In this document: positions 1 through 9,961 of the stretch, one piece after another | Numbering within the stretch: position 1 is the stretch's first letter | How the letters are laid out: each line of letters begins with the position of its first letter | DNA from: Enterocloster sp. | Lineage (GTDB): Bacteria; Bacillota; Clostridia; Lachnospirales; Lachnospiraceae | Direction: 5' to 3' | Assembly (NCBI GenBank): GCA_050872205.1 | Contig: JBNMGK010000001.1 | Location: 1-33,529, forward strand | Length of the DNA: 33,529 nt | Notes under the pieces: generated by a model | The model's database searches: none | What the model saw: the letters and a program-made list of their open reading frames with translations, nothing else | What the model was told of the DNA's origin: nothing | Program-made: the position numbers and the translations under genes

Positions 1-1341
1 AGCAATTCCGGTATCGGTATCGTAAGGATAAGCGGTGAGAATGCCTTACAGGTAATAAGCCGCATTTACAGAAATAAAAAGGGAGAGCCAAAGGATCTAA
101 GCCAGGTAAAATCCCATACTATCCACTATGGCTATATTTATGACGGGGAAGAACGTTTAGATGAAGTCCTGGTGATGATCATGAAGGGCCCTAACAGCTA
201 TACAGCGGAAGATACGGTGGAGATCGACTGCCACGGGGGCGTCTTTATTGTAAAGAAGATATTGGAAACTGTAATCCGAAACGGAGCAAGGACAGCAGAG
301 CCGGGAGAGTTTACGAAACGTGCCTTTTTAAATGGCCGTATTGATCTGGCTCAGGCAGAGGCAGTGGCAGACGTGATCCAGTCTACCAATGAGTATGCTT
401 TAAAAAGCTCTGTCAGTCAGTTAGCCGGTTCTGTTTCACGAAAGATACGGGATCTTCGTGAGAAAATATTATATGAGATCGCTTTTATTGAGTCTGCCTT
501 AGATGACCCGGAGCATATTTCATTAGACGGGTATCCGGAGCGTCTTTTAGAGGCTTTGGAGCCAATGGTAAAGCAGGTGGAACGGCTTTTAGCTTCCTGT
601 GATGACGGTCGGGTCATGTCAGAAGGCATTAAAACGGTTATTTTAGGAAAGCCAAATGCGGGAAAATCTTCCCTGATGAACGTGCTTTTAGGGGAAGAGA
701 GAGCCATTGTCACAGAGATCGCAGGAACTACAAGAGATACTTTGGAAGAGCATATTTATCTTCAGGGTATCAGCTTAAATGTAGTGGATACAGCAGGCAT
801 CCGTGATACAGAAGATGTAGTGGAAAAGATCGGCGTGGAGCGTGCCATGAAGGCGGCTGAGGATGCAGATCTGATCATCTATGTAGTGGACGGTTCCAGA
901 GTGTTGGATGAAAATGATAAAGAGATCATGGAGTTTATTAAGGGGCGCAGGGCTATTGTCCTGTTAAATAAAACAGACCTTAAGCTGGCTGTAGACAAGG
1001 ATGAGTTAGAAAATGCCTGCGGCCATGCAGTGATCCCCATTTCTGCAAAAGAGGAACAGGGAATTGAGGCTCTGGAAGAGGAGATCAAGAGGCTGTTCTA
1101 CCATGGAAAGATTTCCTTTAATGAGCAGGTGTACATTACCAATGTGCGTCATAAAGAGGCACTGGAACAGACATTAGACAGCCTTAAAATGGTAAAACAG
1201 AGCGTATCAGACGGCATGCCGGAAGATTTTTATTCCATTGATCTGATGAATGCTTATGAGCAGCTTGGAAAGATTTTAGGAGAAGCAGTGGAAGATGACC
1301 TGGTAAATGAGATCTTTTCCAAGTTCTGTATGGGGAAGTAG
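1..1341 (+). CDS. mnmE: tRNA modification GTPase MnmE (5' end outside window)
   Basis: Frame is open from base 1 (SNSGIGIVRISG). Motifs GPNSYTAED, GEFTKRAFLNGRIDL, G1 GKPNAGKSS, GTTRD, DTAG, NKTD and C-terminal FCMGK. Confidence 0.98.
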   Translation, partial: SNSGIGIVRISGENALQVISRIYRNKKGEPKDLSQVKSHTIHYGYIYDGEERLDEVLVMIMKGPNSYTAEDTVEIDCHGGVFIVKKILETVIRNGARTAEPGEFTKRAFLNGRIDLAQAEAVADVIQSTNEYALKSSVSQLAGSVSRKIRDLREKILYEIAFIESALDDPEHISLDGYPERLLEALEPMVKQVERLLASCDDGRVMSEGIKTVILGKPNAGKSSLMNVLLGEERAIVTEIAGTTRDTLEEHIYLQGISLNVVDTAGIRDTEDVVEKIGVERAMKAAEDADLIIYVVDGSRVLDENDKEIMEFIKGRRAIVLLNKTDLKLAVDKDELENACGHAVIPISAKEEQGIEALEEEIKRLFYHGKISFNEQVYITNVRHKEALEQTLDSLKMVKQSVSDGMPEDFYSIDLMNAYEQLGKILGEAVEDDLVNEIFSKFCMGK

Positions 1342-1416
1342 TTATGGGGAAATACACGGTTCTTGTGCATGGGATGCACATGGGGAAGGGCCGGGAAACA
1401 GGAAGGAATTAAGAAA

Positions 1417-3300
1417 ATGCCATATTTGGAAGAAACATATGATATCGTGGTAGTAGGTGCCGGTCATGCCGGCTGTGAGGCAGCATTAGCCTGTGCCAGA
1501 CTGGGCCTTGAGACCATTGTATTTACAGTCAGTGTGGACAGTATTGCCCTGATGCCCTGTAATCCCAATGTAGGTGGAAGCTCCAAGGGACATCTGGTAA
1601 GAGAGCTGGATGCATTAGGCGGAGAAATGGGAAAGAACATTGATAAGACCTTTATCCAGTCTAAGATGTTAAATGAGTCCAAGGGACCGGCTGTTCACTC
1701 TTTAAGAGCCCAGGCAGACAAGCAGGAATACAGCCGTCAGATGCGAAAGACCATGGAAAATACAGAGCATCTGACCATTCGCCAGGCAGAGGTTTCTGAG
1801 CTTATAGTAGAGGACGGCCAGATTAAAGGCGTTAAGACCTTCTCAGGGGCCGTATATCACGCCAGAGCCGTTGTACTGTGTACAGGAACCTATCTGCGTG
1901 CAAGATGCATTTACGGGGACGTAAGCAATCCTACAGGGCCAAATGGTCTGCAGGCTGCAACACACCTTACCGATTCCCTGATCGCAAACGGAATTGAAAT
2001 GTTCCGCTTTAAAACAGGAACACCGGCCAGAGCAGACAAGCGCAGTATCGACTTTTCCAAGATGGAAGAACAGTTTGGTGATAAGAGAGTGGTTCCATTT
2101 TCCTTCTCTACAGATCCGGAAAGCGTTCAGAAAGAGCAGGCTTCCTGCTGGCTCACATACACCAACCAGGAGACCCACAAGATCATTCGTGATAATTTAA
2201 GCCGTTCCCCGCTGTTCTCCGGTGCAATCGAAGGAACAGGACCAAGATATTGTCCGTCCATTGAGGACAAAGTGGTGAAATTCCCAGATAAAGAGCGTCA
2301 TCAGGTATTTGTGGAGCCGGAAGGACTTTATACCAATGAAATGTATTTAGGAGGCATGAGCAGTTCTCTTCCTGAAGATGTACAGTATGCAATGTACCGT
2401 ACGGTACCGGGCCTTGAGCATGTGCGGATCGTAAGAAATGCCTATGCCATTGAATATGACTGCATCAATTCTTTGCAGCTTAAGTCTACACTGGAGTTTA
2501 AGAAGATCCGCGGCCTGTTTGCAGGCGGTCAGTTTAATGGAAGCTCCGGTTATGAGGAAGCAGCTGTCCAGGGCTTTATGGCAGGTGTAAATGCCTCTAT
2601 GGAGGTTCTTGGAAGAGAGCAGGTGGTTCTGGATCGTTCTCAGGCCTATATCGGCGTTCTCATCGATGATCTGGTGACCAAAGAGAACCATGAACCATAC
2701 CGTATGATGACCTCCAGAGCAGAGTACAGACTGCTTTTAAGACAGGATAATGCAGATCTGCGTCTTCGTGAGATCGGACATAATATCGGTCTTGTAAGTG
2801 ATGCAGAATATGAGCATCTTCTTGAAAAGAAAGCACAGATCGATGCAGAGATAGAGCGTCTTGAAAAGGCTACTATCGGCGGTACTCCAAAGGTTCAGGA
2901 ACTTCTGGCTAAGTATGAGAGTACACCTCTTAAGTCAGGAACCACCCTTGCAGAGCTGATCAAGCGTCCGGAACTGGACTATGAGAAGCTGGCAGAGGTA
3001 GATGAAAAGCGTCCTGAGCTTGCTTTTGATGTACAGGAGCAGGTCAATATTGAGATCAAATATGAAGGTTATATTAAACGCCAGATGCAGCAGGTAGCCC
3101 AGTTTAAGAAGTTAGAGGGAAGAAAACTTCCTGAAAACTTCGATTATTCCCAGGTAAACAGCCTGCGAAAAGAGGCAGTACAGAAGTTAAATAAGATCCA
3201 GCCGTCTACCATTGGACAGGCATCCAGAATTTCCGGTGTGTCACCGGCGGACATTTCTGTATTGATGGTATATCTGGAGAGAAGCAAGAGCGAAGCTTAG
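1417..3300 (+). CDS. mnmG: tRNA uridine-5-carboxymethylaminomethyl modification enzyme MnmG (GidA)
   Basis: FAD motif [50 protein letters not shown]. Start moved to ATG 1417 behind a GGAAGGA RBS. Confidence 0.98.
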   Translation: MPYLEETYDIVVVGAGHAGCEAALACARLGLETIVFTVSVDSIALMPCNPNVGGSSKGHLVRELDALGGEMGKNIDKTFIQSKMLNESKGPAVHSLRAQADKQEYSRQMRKTMENTEHLTIRQAEVSELIVEDGQIKGVKTFSGAVYHARAVVLCTGTYLRARCIYGDVSNPTGPNGLQAATHLTDSLIANGIEMFRFKTGTPARADKRSIDFSKMEEQFGDKRVVPFSFSTDPESVQKEQASCWLTYTNQETHKIIRDNLSRSPLFSGAIEGTGPRYCPSIEDKVVKFPDKERHQVFVEPEGLYTNEMYLGGMSSSLPEDVQYAMYRTVPGLEHVRIVRNAYAIEYDCINSLQLKSTLEFKKIRGLFAGGQFNGSSGYEEAAVQGFMAGVNASMEVLGREQVVLDRSQAYIGVLIDDLVTKENHEPYRMMTSRAEYRLLLRQDNADLRLREIGHNIGLVSDAEYEHLLEKKAQIDAEIERLEKATIGGTPKVQELLAKYESTPLKSGTTLAELIKRPELDYEKLAEVDEKRPELAFDVQEQVNIEIKYEGYIKRQMQQVAQFKKLEGRKLPENFDYSQVNSLRKEAVQKLNKIQPSTIGQASRISGVSPADISVLMVYLERSKSEA

Positions 3301-3364
3301 GGAAAAAAATATGCACCCGCGGGAGTTCTCGAGGGTATATGCTGATATGAGAGGTTAGAAAGCT

Positions 3365-4099
3365 ATGACAGAGCAGTTTGCACAGAAAATGGAAGAGGGC
3401 GTAAAGCCGTTAGGTATCCAGTTAAGCCAAAAGCAGCTGGAGCAGTTTTACGACTACTTCCAGTTTCTGGTGGAAAAGAATAAAGTAATGAATCTGACGG
3501 CTATTACAGAAGAAGATGCAGTGATCACCAAGCATTTTTGTGACAGCCTGTGCCTTGTAAAAGGGTTTTCTGATATTGAGAAAACGGTTTCATTAATTGA
3601 TGTGGGAACAGGAGCTGGCTTTCCTGGCATCCCTTTAAAGATCGCATTTCCTCATTTAAAAGTTACTTTATTGGATTCTTTAAATAAGAGAGTCCGCTTT
3701 TTAGAGGAAGTATGTGAGCGTCTGGGACTTGAAAATGTGACCTGTGTCCACGCGAGGGCAGAGGATGGAGGCCGAAATAAGGATTTTAGAGAAAAATTTG
3801 ACCTGTGCGTATCCCGCGCAGTGGCAAATCTGTCCTCTTTATCAGAATATTGTATGCCGTTTGTAAAGGTAGGGGGATATTTTATTCCTTATAAGTCTGG
3901 TGAAATTAAAGAAGAACTGGATCAGGCGAAAAAAGCAGTGGCAATTTTAGGTGGAGAGATCGAAAATGTTACCGGATTTGAGCTTCCAGGAGGCGAAGGA
4001 TCCAGAAGCCTGATCAAAATTAAAAAAATGAAACCGATTTCAGCAAAGTATCCGAGAAAAGCGGGACTTCCTGGAAAAGAACCACTGGGTGGAAAATAG
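3365..4099 (+). CDS. rsmG: 16S rRNA m7G527 methyltransferase RsmG (GidB)
   Basis: MNLTAI, KHFCDSL, DVGTGAGFPG, SRAVA, YPRKAG; follows mnmG. Confidence 0.97.
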   Translation: MTEQFAQKMEEGVKPLGIQLSQKQLEQFYDYFQFLVEKNKVMNLTAITEEDAVITKHFCDSLCLVKGFSDIEKTVSLIDVGTGAGFPGIPLKIAFPHLKVTLLDSLNKRVRFLEEVCERLGLENVTCVHARAEDGGRNKDFREKFDLCVSRAVANLSSLSEYCMPFVKVGGYFIPYKSGEIKEELDQAKKAVAILGGEIENVTGFELPGGEGSRSLIKIKKMKPISAKYPRKAGLPGKEPLGGK

Positions 4100-4119
4100 A
4101 TATGAAACCGGTTACATAT
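4100..4119. promoter_or_regulatory. LacI-family operator-like palindrome ATATGAAACCGGTTACATAT
   Basis: 20-bp near-perfect inverted repeat with central CG and TGWAAC-CG pattern typical of LacI/GalR sites, directly upstream of a LacI gene. Confidence 0.65.
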
Positions 4120-4230
4120 GACCTAGAAAAGATATAAATATCAGATAATTATACACAATACTCAAAAATAAACAGATAATATATAAAAATATATGGAACA
4201 ATACATCATGGAAAAGGCAGAATTTAATTT

Positions 4231-5220
4231 ATGAATATCAAAGAGATGGCAAAGCTTGCGGGAGTCTCCTGCGCTACTATATCCAGGGTTTTAAATGATT
4301 CTGGATATGTAAAGGAAGATACCCGAAAGAAAGTAATGGAGATCATTAAGGAGTATAATTATACCCCGAACATGATAGCCAGAAGCCTGAGCAGTAAAGA
4401 CAGTTTCAATATTGGTGTTATCATCCCAAATGTTGGGGAAAATCAGTATGGAAAAATACTGGAAGGTATTGCAAAAGAAACTGCAAAAAATGGATACAGC
4501 CTTGTTTTTATGGATAGTGAAAATGACCTGAAAACAGAGAAAAAATGGCTGGAAGAAGTAAAAAATCAGCATATGAAAGGCCTTGTTTTAGTGCCTGTGT
4601 GCAGTGAAAATAAAGAGCTGCGAAGTGCTTTGCAGGAACTGGAAGACCAGGGAACCGCAGTTGTACTCACAGAAAAAGATGTAAAAAATGCGGGAATGGA
4701 TGGAGTTTTTGTTGATGAATTCCGGGGCGCATATGAAGGCATCTGCTGCCTGGTTGAAAAAGGCTGCAAAAAGATCAGCATTGCAGTAGGACAAAGTGAG
4801 ATGGACGCTGTTACAGAAGAGCGGTACAGAGGCTGTCTGCAGGCGCTGGAAGATAATAAAATTGCCGGTACAGAAGAACTGATGCTGCGGGAAACAGAAG
4901 ATTTAAACCGGGTATTTCAAGGAAAAAAGCTTCCTGATGCATTCTTCGCTTTAAATGAAATAGCTGCTGGTCAGTGTATCAGAGCGCTTTTTAAACGTAA
5001 AAAACAGGGAGGAGAAAAGGTCGTTTTTATGGGGATGGATGCTGAAAATGCAGCAGAGATCCTGGGAGATGAGATGATCTCCGTAGAAAGAGATGGAAGA
5101 AAGCAGGGAAAAGAGGCAGTAAAACTGCTTTTGGAAGCTTTTAATACAGAGGAAGATGACCGAATCCGCGGAAAAAGGGTAATGATCCCATATAAGATAA
5201 CAGAAAGCGGTGCCTGTTGA
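4231..5220 (+). CDS. LacI-family transcriptional regulator
   Basis: N-terminal HTH MNIKEMAKLAGVSCATISRVLN, hinge YTPNMIARSL, then a periplasmic-binding-protein-like effector domain. Confidence 0.93.
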   Translation: MNIKEMAKLAGVSCATISRVLNDSGYVKEDTRKKVMEIIKEYNYTPNMIARSLSSKDSFNIGVIIPNVGENQYGKILEGIAKETAKNGYSLVFMDSENDLKTEKKWLEEVKNQHMKGLVLVPVCSENKELRSALQELEDQGTAVVLTEKDVKNAGMDGVFVDEFRGAYEGICCLVEKGCKKISIAVGQSEMDAVTEERYRGCLQALEDNKIAGTEELMLRETEDLNRVFQGKKLPDAFFALNEIAAGQCIRALFKRKKQGGEKVVFMGMDAENAAEILGDEMISVERDGRKQGKEAVKLLLEAFNTEEDDRIRGKRVMIPYKITESGAC

Positions 5221-5235
5221 CCCAGGCACCGCTTT
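5204..5235. terminator. Bidirectional intrinsic terminator between the convergent LacI gene and nfo
   Basis: Perfect 13-bp stem AAAGCGGTGCCTG/CAGGCACCGCTTT with 6-nt loop, overlapping the LacI stop codon. Confidence 0.8.
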
Positions 5236-5250
5236 AACAACTGTAAAAGC

Positions 5251-6084
5251 TTAATAGTTCCATGCTTCACGCATCATCTGGATCTCTTTTGCATATCCGT
5301 CCAGATCATTGGGTGTTTCCAGATAGAAGGGAAGATGAGCCAGAGCTGGATGATTGATAAAACGCTTTAGTGCCGGTAGGCCAATATGACCTTCGCCTAA
5401 TCTGGCATGGCGGTCCTTGTGGGCACCTAAAGGATTTAAGCTGTCATTTAAGTGAATGGCCTTTAAACGGTTAAGACCGATCATTCGGTCAAATTCTGAG
5501 ATCACATCATCTAAGTGATCTGCAATATCATAGCCTGCATCCCATACATGGCAGGTATCTAAACAGACTCCCAGGTGATCGCTTAATTCTACTTTATCAA
5601 TGATTGCCTTTAATTCTTCAAAGGTTCTTCCAACTTCGCTTCCTTTTCCAGACATGGTTTCCAAGAGGACAGTAGTAGTCTGATCTGGTTTTAAGATCTC
5701 ATTTAGCATATCTGCAATATAAGAGATGCCCACATCAGCGCCCTGTTTCACATGACTTCCAGGATGAAAATTATAGAGATTTCCAGGAGTAGATTCCAGG
5801 CGCGCCAGATCATCAGCCATAGTCCGTTTCGCAAAATCACGGAGTGCCGGATCAGCAGAACAGCCATTTAAAGTATAAGGAGCATGGGCCAAAAATGGAT
5901 GGATATCATTGACTTCTGCCTGAACCAGAAAACGGGAGATATCATCTGGGTCCAGAGCCTTGGCATTTCCACCTCTGGGATTGCGGGAAAAATACTGGAA
6001 AGTGTTTGCGTGAATCTTCAAAGCATCTTTTGCCATGGCGCAGTAGCCCTTGGAAGATGATAAGTGACAGCCAATACGAAGCAT
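5251..6084 (-). CDS. nfo: Endonuclease IV (AP endonuclease)
   Basis: Zn-ligand motifs [50 protein letters not shown] at 6084 with GGAGG RBS. Confidence 0.95.
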   Translation of the reverse strand: MLRIGCHLSSSKGYCAMAKDALKIHANTFQYFSRNPRGGNAKALDPDDISRFLVQAEVNDIHPFLAHAPYTLNGCSADPALRDFAKRTMADDLARLESTPGNLYNFHPGSHVKQGADVGISYIADMLNEILKPDQTTTVLLETMSGKGSEVGRTFEELKAIIDKVELSDHLGVCLDTCHVWDAGYDIADHLDDVISEFDRMIGLNRLKAIHLNDSLNPLGAHKDRHARLGEGHIGLPALKRFINHPALAHLPFYLETPNDLDGYAKEIQMMREAWNY

Positions 6085-6153
6085 AAGTGGACCTCCTGGG
6101 TAGATAATGTGATTTTGACAGTGTAAAACATATAGTGATAGTCTTACATGCAA

Positions 6154-6169
6154 TGTTTCACGTGAAACA
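6154..6169. promoter_or_regulatory. parS site 1
   Basis: Perfect TGTTTCACGTGAAACA palindrome, the ParB/Spo0J consensus. Confidence 0.95.
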
Positions 6170-6192
6170 ATAATAGGCAGTCGGTTTATAGA

Positions 6193-6208
6193 TGTTTCAC
6201 GTGAAACA
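6193..6208. promoter_or_regulatory. parS site 2
   Basis: Perfect TGTTTCACGTGAAACA. Confidence 0.95.
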
Positions 6209-6216
6209 TTTGAAAT

Positions 6217-7173
6217 TTATTCCAGTTCTAAAAATGTTTCACACATCTCATAGAAAGCAGCAGGTGCTTCTAACTGTGGCAGATGCTTGGTGTCTGGGAT
6301 AAGTACGGATTCAATAGCTGGATTGTAGGTTTTATATTCTTCCAGGGTGTTTTCCATATCATCTAAGTCGGCACCGCCTAAAAGATAGATACTGTTGTCG
6401 ATCTTCTTTAAGGAATTAATGATATTGCATTTGGTATAGTTACACTTTACACTGGCGTAAACAGACTTAGGAGATTCGCCTAAGTGAGCAGCTTCGTAAT
6501 AGGCATCTACTTCTCTGGCTGTTACAGAGTATGGATTGGAGTAGTAAAGGTTCTTGAAGGTGTCTGCAATATTCTGGTGGCTGCTGGCAATGTGATAGAT
6601 CAAAGTACCTACAATTGGCAGGTCCAGAATAAACTTGTAAAGCTTTGCATTTTTGCCAGGTACCATACTGCAGGAGAGCATGGACTCTGGATTTACAAGA
6701 ACCAGACGGTCAAATAATTCTGGAGAATTTCCGCAGGCCATAACTGCCAGAGAGGCTGCAGCTCCGGTAGCTAAAATATCAGTACGGTGACCGATCTCTG
6801 ATTTGATAAAATCGGAGAGCAGCTGTACATAGAGATAATTGGTGTAGGTAAGATTTGGCTTTTCAGAACGGCCAAAGCCTAACAGATCAATGGTGTATAC
6901 AGTATGATCTTTTGCCAGTTTTTTGCGAACTTCGTGCCATTCATAACTGCTGGAAGCTGGTTCCAGATCATGGACCAGCAGTAAAGGTTTTCCTTCTCCA
7001 ATTTTTGTATAATGGATATTTCCCAGACGCCAGCGGTAACAGAGGGAAACACGGCTCTCTAAAATATGTTTTGATACAGCGGAAAGCTTCACCGCTTTAT
7101 TGATCAGGGCAGTAGCAGCAGCAGCCCCTGATGACAGGATAAGTAAGGTCAGTAATTTATTTCTTGTCTTCAT
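6217..7173 (-). CDS. Alpha/beta-hydrolase-fold protein with hydrophobic N-terminus and degenerate nucleophile motif
   Basis: GEGKPLLLVHDL, VYTIDLLGFGRSEKP, LVLVNP and C-terminal KHLPQLE; no GxSxG. Confidence 0.85.
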   Translation of the reverse strand: MKTRNKLLTLLILSSGAAAATALINKAVKLSAVSKHILESRVSLCYRWRLGNIHYTKIGEGKPLLLVHDLEPASSSYEWHEVRKKLAKDHTVYTIDLLGFGRSEKPNLTYTNYLYVQLLSDFIKSEIGHRTDILATGAAASLAVMACGNSPELFDRLVLVNPESMLSCSMVPGKNAKLYKFILDLPIVGTLIYHIASSHQNIADTFKNLYYSNPYSVTAREVDAYYEAAHLGESPKSVYASVKCNYTKCNIINSLKKIDNSIYLLGGADLDDMENTLEEYKTYNPAIESVLIPDTKHLPQLEAPAAFYEMCETFLELE

Positions 7174-7282
7174 TCAGATATCTCTTTCTTCCTTATTATA
7201 ATGGGTACAAGGTTACAAAACTATTATAATACATGGGGAACGCTATGACAATGAATAAAAGATTGTTACTGTGTATGAAATA

Positions 7283-7399
7283 GGCACTTTTGGAACCGAA
7301 AGTGCCGTATAATAGCGTTATGGTTGCGGGAATTTGCCGTATTAAAATGCGAAGCTACGGCAAATTCCGTTGCTGGTCATGCAACGCATGAGCAGCAAC
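7283..7399. repeat. Three tandem inverted repeats upstream of parA
   Basis: GGCACTTT/AAAGTGCC (7283-7306); GGAATTTGCCGTA/TACGGCAAATTCC (7329-7368); GTTGCTG-G-TCATGC/GCATGA-G-CAGCAAC (7369-7399). Confidence 0.75.
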
Positions 7400-7422
7400 A
7401 AAAGATTTAAGAACGTATTGTA

Positions 7423-7438
7423 TGTTTCACGTGAAACA
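7423..7438. promoter_or_regulatory. parS site 3
   Basis: Perfect TGTTTCACGTGAAACA. Confidence 0.95.
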
Positions 7439-7440
7439 TT

Positions 7441-7469
7441 TTGCCTTACGTATAAAGTTGTGCTATAAT
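7441..7469 (+). promoter_or_regulatory. SigA-type promoter of parAB
   Basis: TTGCCT-17 bp-TATAAT with extended TG. Confidence 0.7.
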
Positions 7470-7530
7470 CGTTTTTGACAGTCAGAGAGGCAGAGTGAAG
7501 TTTTTCTGAGAAAGGATGTAAAAAAGAAAT

Positions 7531-8301
7531 ATGGGACGAATTATTACAATTGCCAACCAGAAGGGCGGGGTGGGAAAAACCACAACAGCGATCAACTTAT
7601 CAGCCTGTCTGGCAGAGGCAGGACAGCATGTAATGCTGGTAGACTTTGACCCTCAGGGAAACGCAAGCAGCGGACTGGGAGTGGAAAAAGAAGATTATGA
7701 ACATACAGTTTATGATATGATGGCAGAAGAAGCGGATCTGGATGAATGTCTGGTGAAAAATATCCAGGATAATCTGGATGTGCTTCCTTCCGATATGAAC
7801 CTGGCAGGTGCAGAAATCGAGTTCCAGGAAGTAGAAGATAAGGAGACTCTTTTAAAGCGTTACCTGGATAAAGTACGGGACGATTATGATTTTATTCTGA
7901 TCGACTGCCCGCCATCTTTAAATATTTTGACCATAAATGCACTGACAGCAGCAGATACTGTGCTGGTACCCATCCAGTGTGAGTATTATGCACTGGAAGG
8001 TCTGAATCAGGTATTAAAGACGGTAGATCTGGTAAAACGAAAATTAAATCCACAGCTTGAACTGGAAGGTGTTGTGTTTACCATGTATGATGCACGTACC
8101 AACCTGTCACTGCAGGTAGTGGAAAGTGTAAAGAACAATCTGAATCAGACCATTTACAAGACCATTATTCCAAGAAATGTAAGACTGGCAGAAGCACCAA
8201 GCCATGGCATGTCCATTAACCTCTATGATACAAGGTCAACAGGTGCAGAAAGTTATCGTATGCTGGCAGCGGAAGTGATGAGCAGAGGAGAAGAGTTATA
8301 A
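7531..8301 (+). CDS. parA: Chromosome partitioning ATPase ParA/Soj
   Basis: Deviant Walker A NQKGGVGKTT, DFDPQGN, IDCPPSL, PIQCEYYALEGL, PRNVRLAEAPSHG. Confidence 0.97.
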   Translation: MGRIITIANQKGGVGKTTTAINLSACLAEAGQHVMLVDFDPQGNASSGLGVEKEDYEHTVYDMMAEEADLDECLVKNIQDNLDVLPSDMNLAGAEIEFQEVEDKETLLKRYLDKVRDDYDFILIDCPPSLNILTINALTAADTVLVPIQCEYYALEGLNQVLKTVDLVKRKLNPQLELEGVVFTMYDARTNLSLQVVESVKNNLNQTIYKTIIPRNVRLAEAPSHGMSINLYDTRSTGAESYRMLAAEVMSRGEEL

Positions 8302-9233
8302 TGGCAAAGAAGGGATTAGGAAAAGGCCTGGGGGCAATTTTCGGAGAAGATGTTGTAAAAGAAAATAAAGAAGAAACAGAGAAAAAGGCCAAAGCCAAAG
8401 CGGAAGCAAAGGCAGCAGAAGAAATGGATGAAAAAGGACGCATTCTGATGCTGAAACTGGATCTGGTACAGCCAAACAAAGAACAGCCAAGAAAGACCTT
8501 TGACGAAGAGAAGATCAGTGAACTGGCAGAATCTATTAAACATTATGGAGTACTGCAGCCATTACTGGTGCAGAAAAATGGCAGTTTTTATGAGATCATC
8601 GCCGGTGAGCGCAGATGGCGGGCTGCAAAGGAAGCTGGTTTAAAAGAAGTGCCAGCTGTTTTAAAGGAATACAGCAAGCAGGAAGCAATGGAGATCTCTC
8701 TGATTGAAAATGTACAGAGAGCAGACTTAAATCCAATTGAAGAGGCATTAGGCTACAGACAGCTGATCGATGAATTTGGGCTGACCCAGGAAGAGATCGC
8801 AGTTCGGGTGGCAAAGAGCAGAGTGGCAATTACCAATACCATGCGTCTGCTGAAATTAGATGAGCAGATCCAGAATATGCTGGTTCAGGGTGTTATCACC
8901 AGTGGACATGCAAGAGCCCTTCTTTCACTGGAAGATACCATGATGCAGTTAAAAGCTGCAAAAGAGATTCTGGACAAGAAGTTAAGTGTCCGTGAAACAG
9001 AACGTCTGGTAAAAAGAATGCAGAAGGAAGCTTCTGGTGAGAAGAAAGAAGAGAAGAAGCCAGACGAGACATTGGCGCTTATTTACCAGAATCTGGAAGA
9101 CAGAATGAAATCTGTTATGGGAACCAAAGTAAGTATACATAATAAAGACAAAAACAAAGGCCGAATTGAAATAGAATATTATTCAGAAGCAGAACTGGAA
9201 AGAATTGTAGAAATGATAGAATCCATCGGCTGA
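8301..9233 (+). CDS. parB: Chromosome partitioning protein ParB/Spo0J
   Basis: N-terminal KKGLGKGLGA, QPRK, GERRWRA CTP-binding motif, ENVQRADLNPIEEA and HTH; start overlaps the parA stop. Confidence 0.97.
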   Translation: MAKKGLGKGLGAIFGEDVVKENKEETEKKAKAKAEAKAAEEMDEKGRILMLKLDLVQPNKEQPRKTFDEEKISELAESIKHYGVLQPLLVQKNGSFYEIIAGERRWRAAKEAGLKEVPAVLKEYSKQEAMEISLIENVQRADLNPIEEALGYRQLIDEFGLTQEEIAVRVAKSRVAITNTMRLLKLDEQIQNMLVQGVITSGHARALLSLEDTMMQLKAAKEILDKKLSVRETERLVKRMQKEASGEKKEEKKPDETLALIYQNLEDRMKSVMGTKVSIHNKDKNKGRIEIEYYSEAELERIVEMIESIG

Positions 9234-9258
9234 TCGACAGAAGGAGAATGATACATTC

Positions 9259-9777
9259 ATGATGGAAACCAGTATTTTAAATCAGCTCCCATTTGATCCG
9301 GGATACCTTATATTAGGTTTAATCGGATTAGTGCTTATCCTGCTGATCTTATTAATATCGACCATGGTAAAATTAAAAAGCCTGGGCCGCAAATATGATT
9401 ATTTTATGCGTGGAAAAGATGCAGAGACACTGGAAGATGTGATCATGGACCAGATCGAAGAGATCCGGAACCTGAAAGCAGAAGACCGGGCTGCTAAGGA
9501 TTCAATCCGCACTTTAAATCGAAATTTCCGCGCGTCCTTCCAGAAATTTGGAATGGTAAAATACAATGCATTTCAGGGAATGGGCGGCAATTTAAGCTTT
9601 GTATTTGCACTGTTGGATGATACGAATACAGGTTTTGTATTAAACTGCATTCACAGCAGAGAAGGCTGCTATATATATATGAAGGAACTGGATCGGGGAC
9701 AGACCGATGTGGTTCTTGGAAACGAGGAACAGGAAGCATTGGAACAGGCTCTGGGCTATGTAGATAAGCAGCAGTAA
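9259..9777 (+). CDS. DUF4446-like membrane-anchored protein
   Basis: N-terminal TM helix, coiled coil, KYNAFxxMGGNLSF...HSREGCY; position after parB is common in clostridia. Confidence 0.75.
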   Translation: MMETSILNQLPFDPGYLILGLIGLVLILLILLISTMVKLKSLGRKYDYFMRGKDAETLEDVIMDQIEEIRNLKAEDRAAKDSIRTLNRNFRASFQKFGMVKYNAFQGMGGNLSFVFALLDDTNTGFVLNCIHSREGCYIYMKELDRGQTDVVLGNEEQEALEQALGYVDKQQ

Positions 9778-9819
9778 AATGAAAATACAATAAAGAAAAA
9801 TGAAAATATCCTGATATGA

Positions 9820-9835
9820 TGTTTCACGTGAAACA
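9820..9835. promoter_or_regulatory. parS site 4
   Basis: Perfect TGTTTCACGTGAAACA. Confidence 0.95.
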
Positions 9836-9961
9836 TTGTATTGGGATATTTTTGTTGTCTGCATATCTCTTAAAAAAAGATTAAGTTGTAGTTTTACAGG
9901 GTATCATATACAATAAAAGGGATTTCGAAGTTTCAGCAATAAAAAGGAATGACTTATATAT

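Noticed and set aside
432-447. parS-like TGTTTCACGAAAGATA in mnmE, and a similar half-site near 6235
   Set aside because: Only one half-site matches; inside coding sequence.
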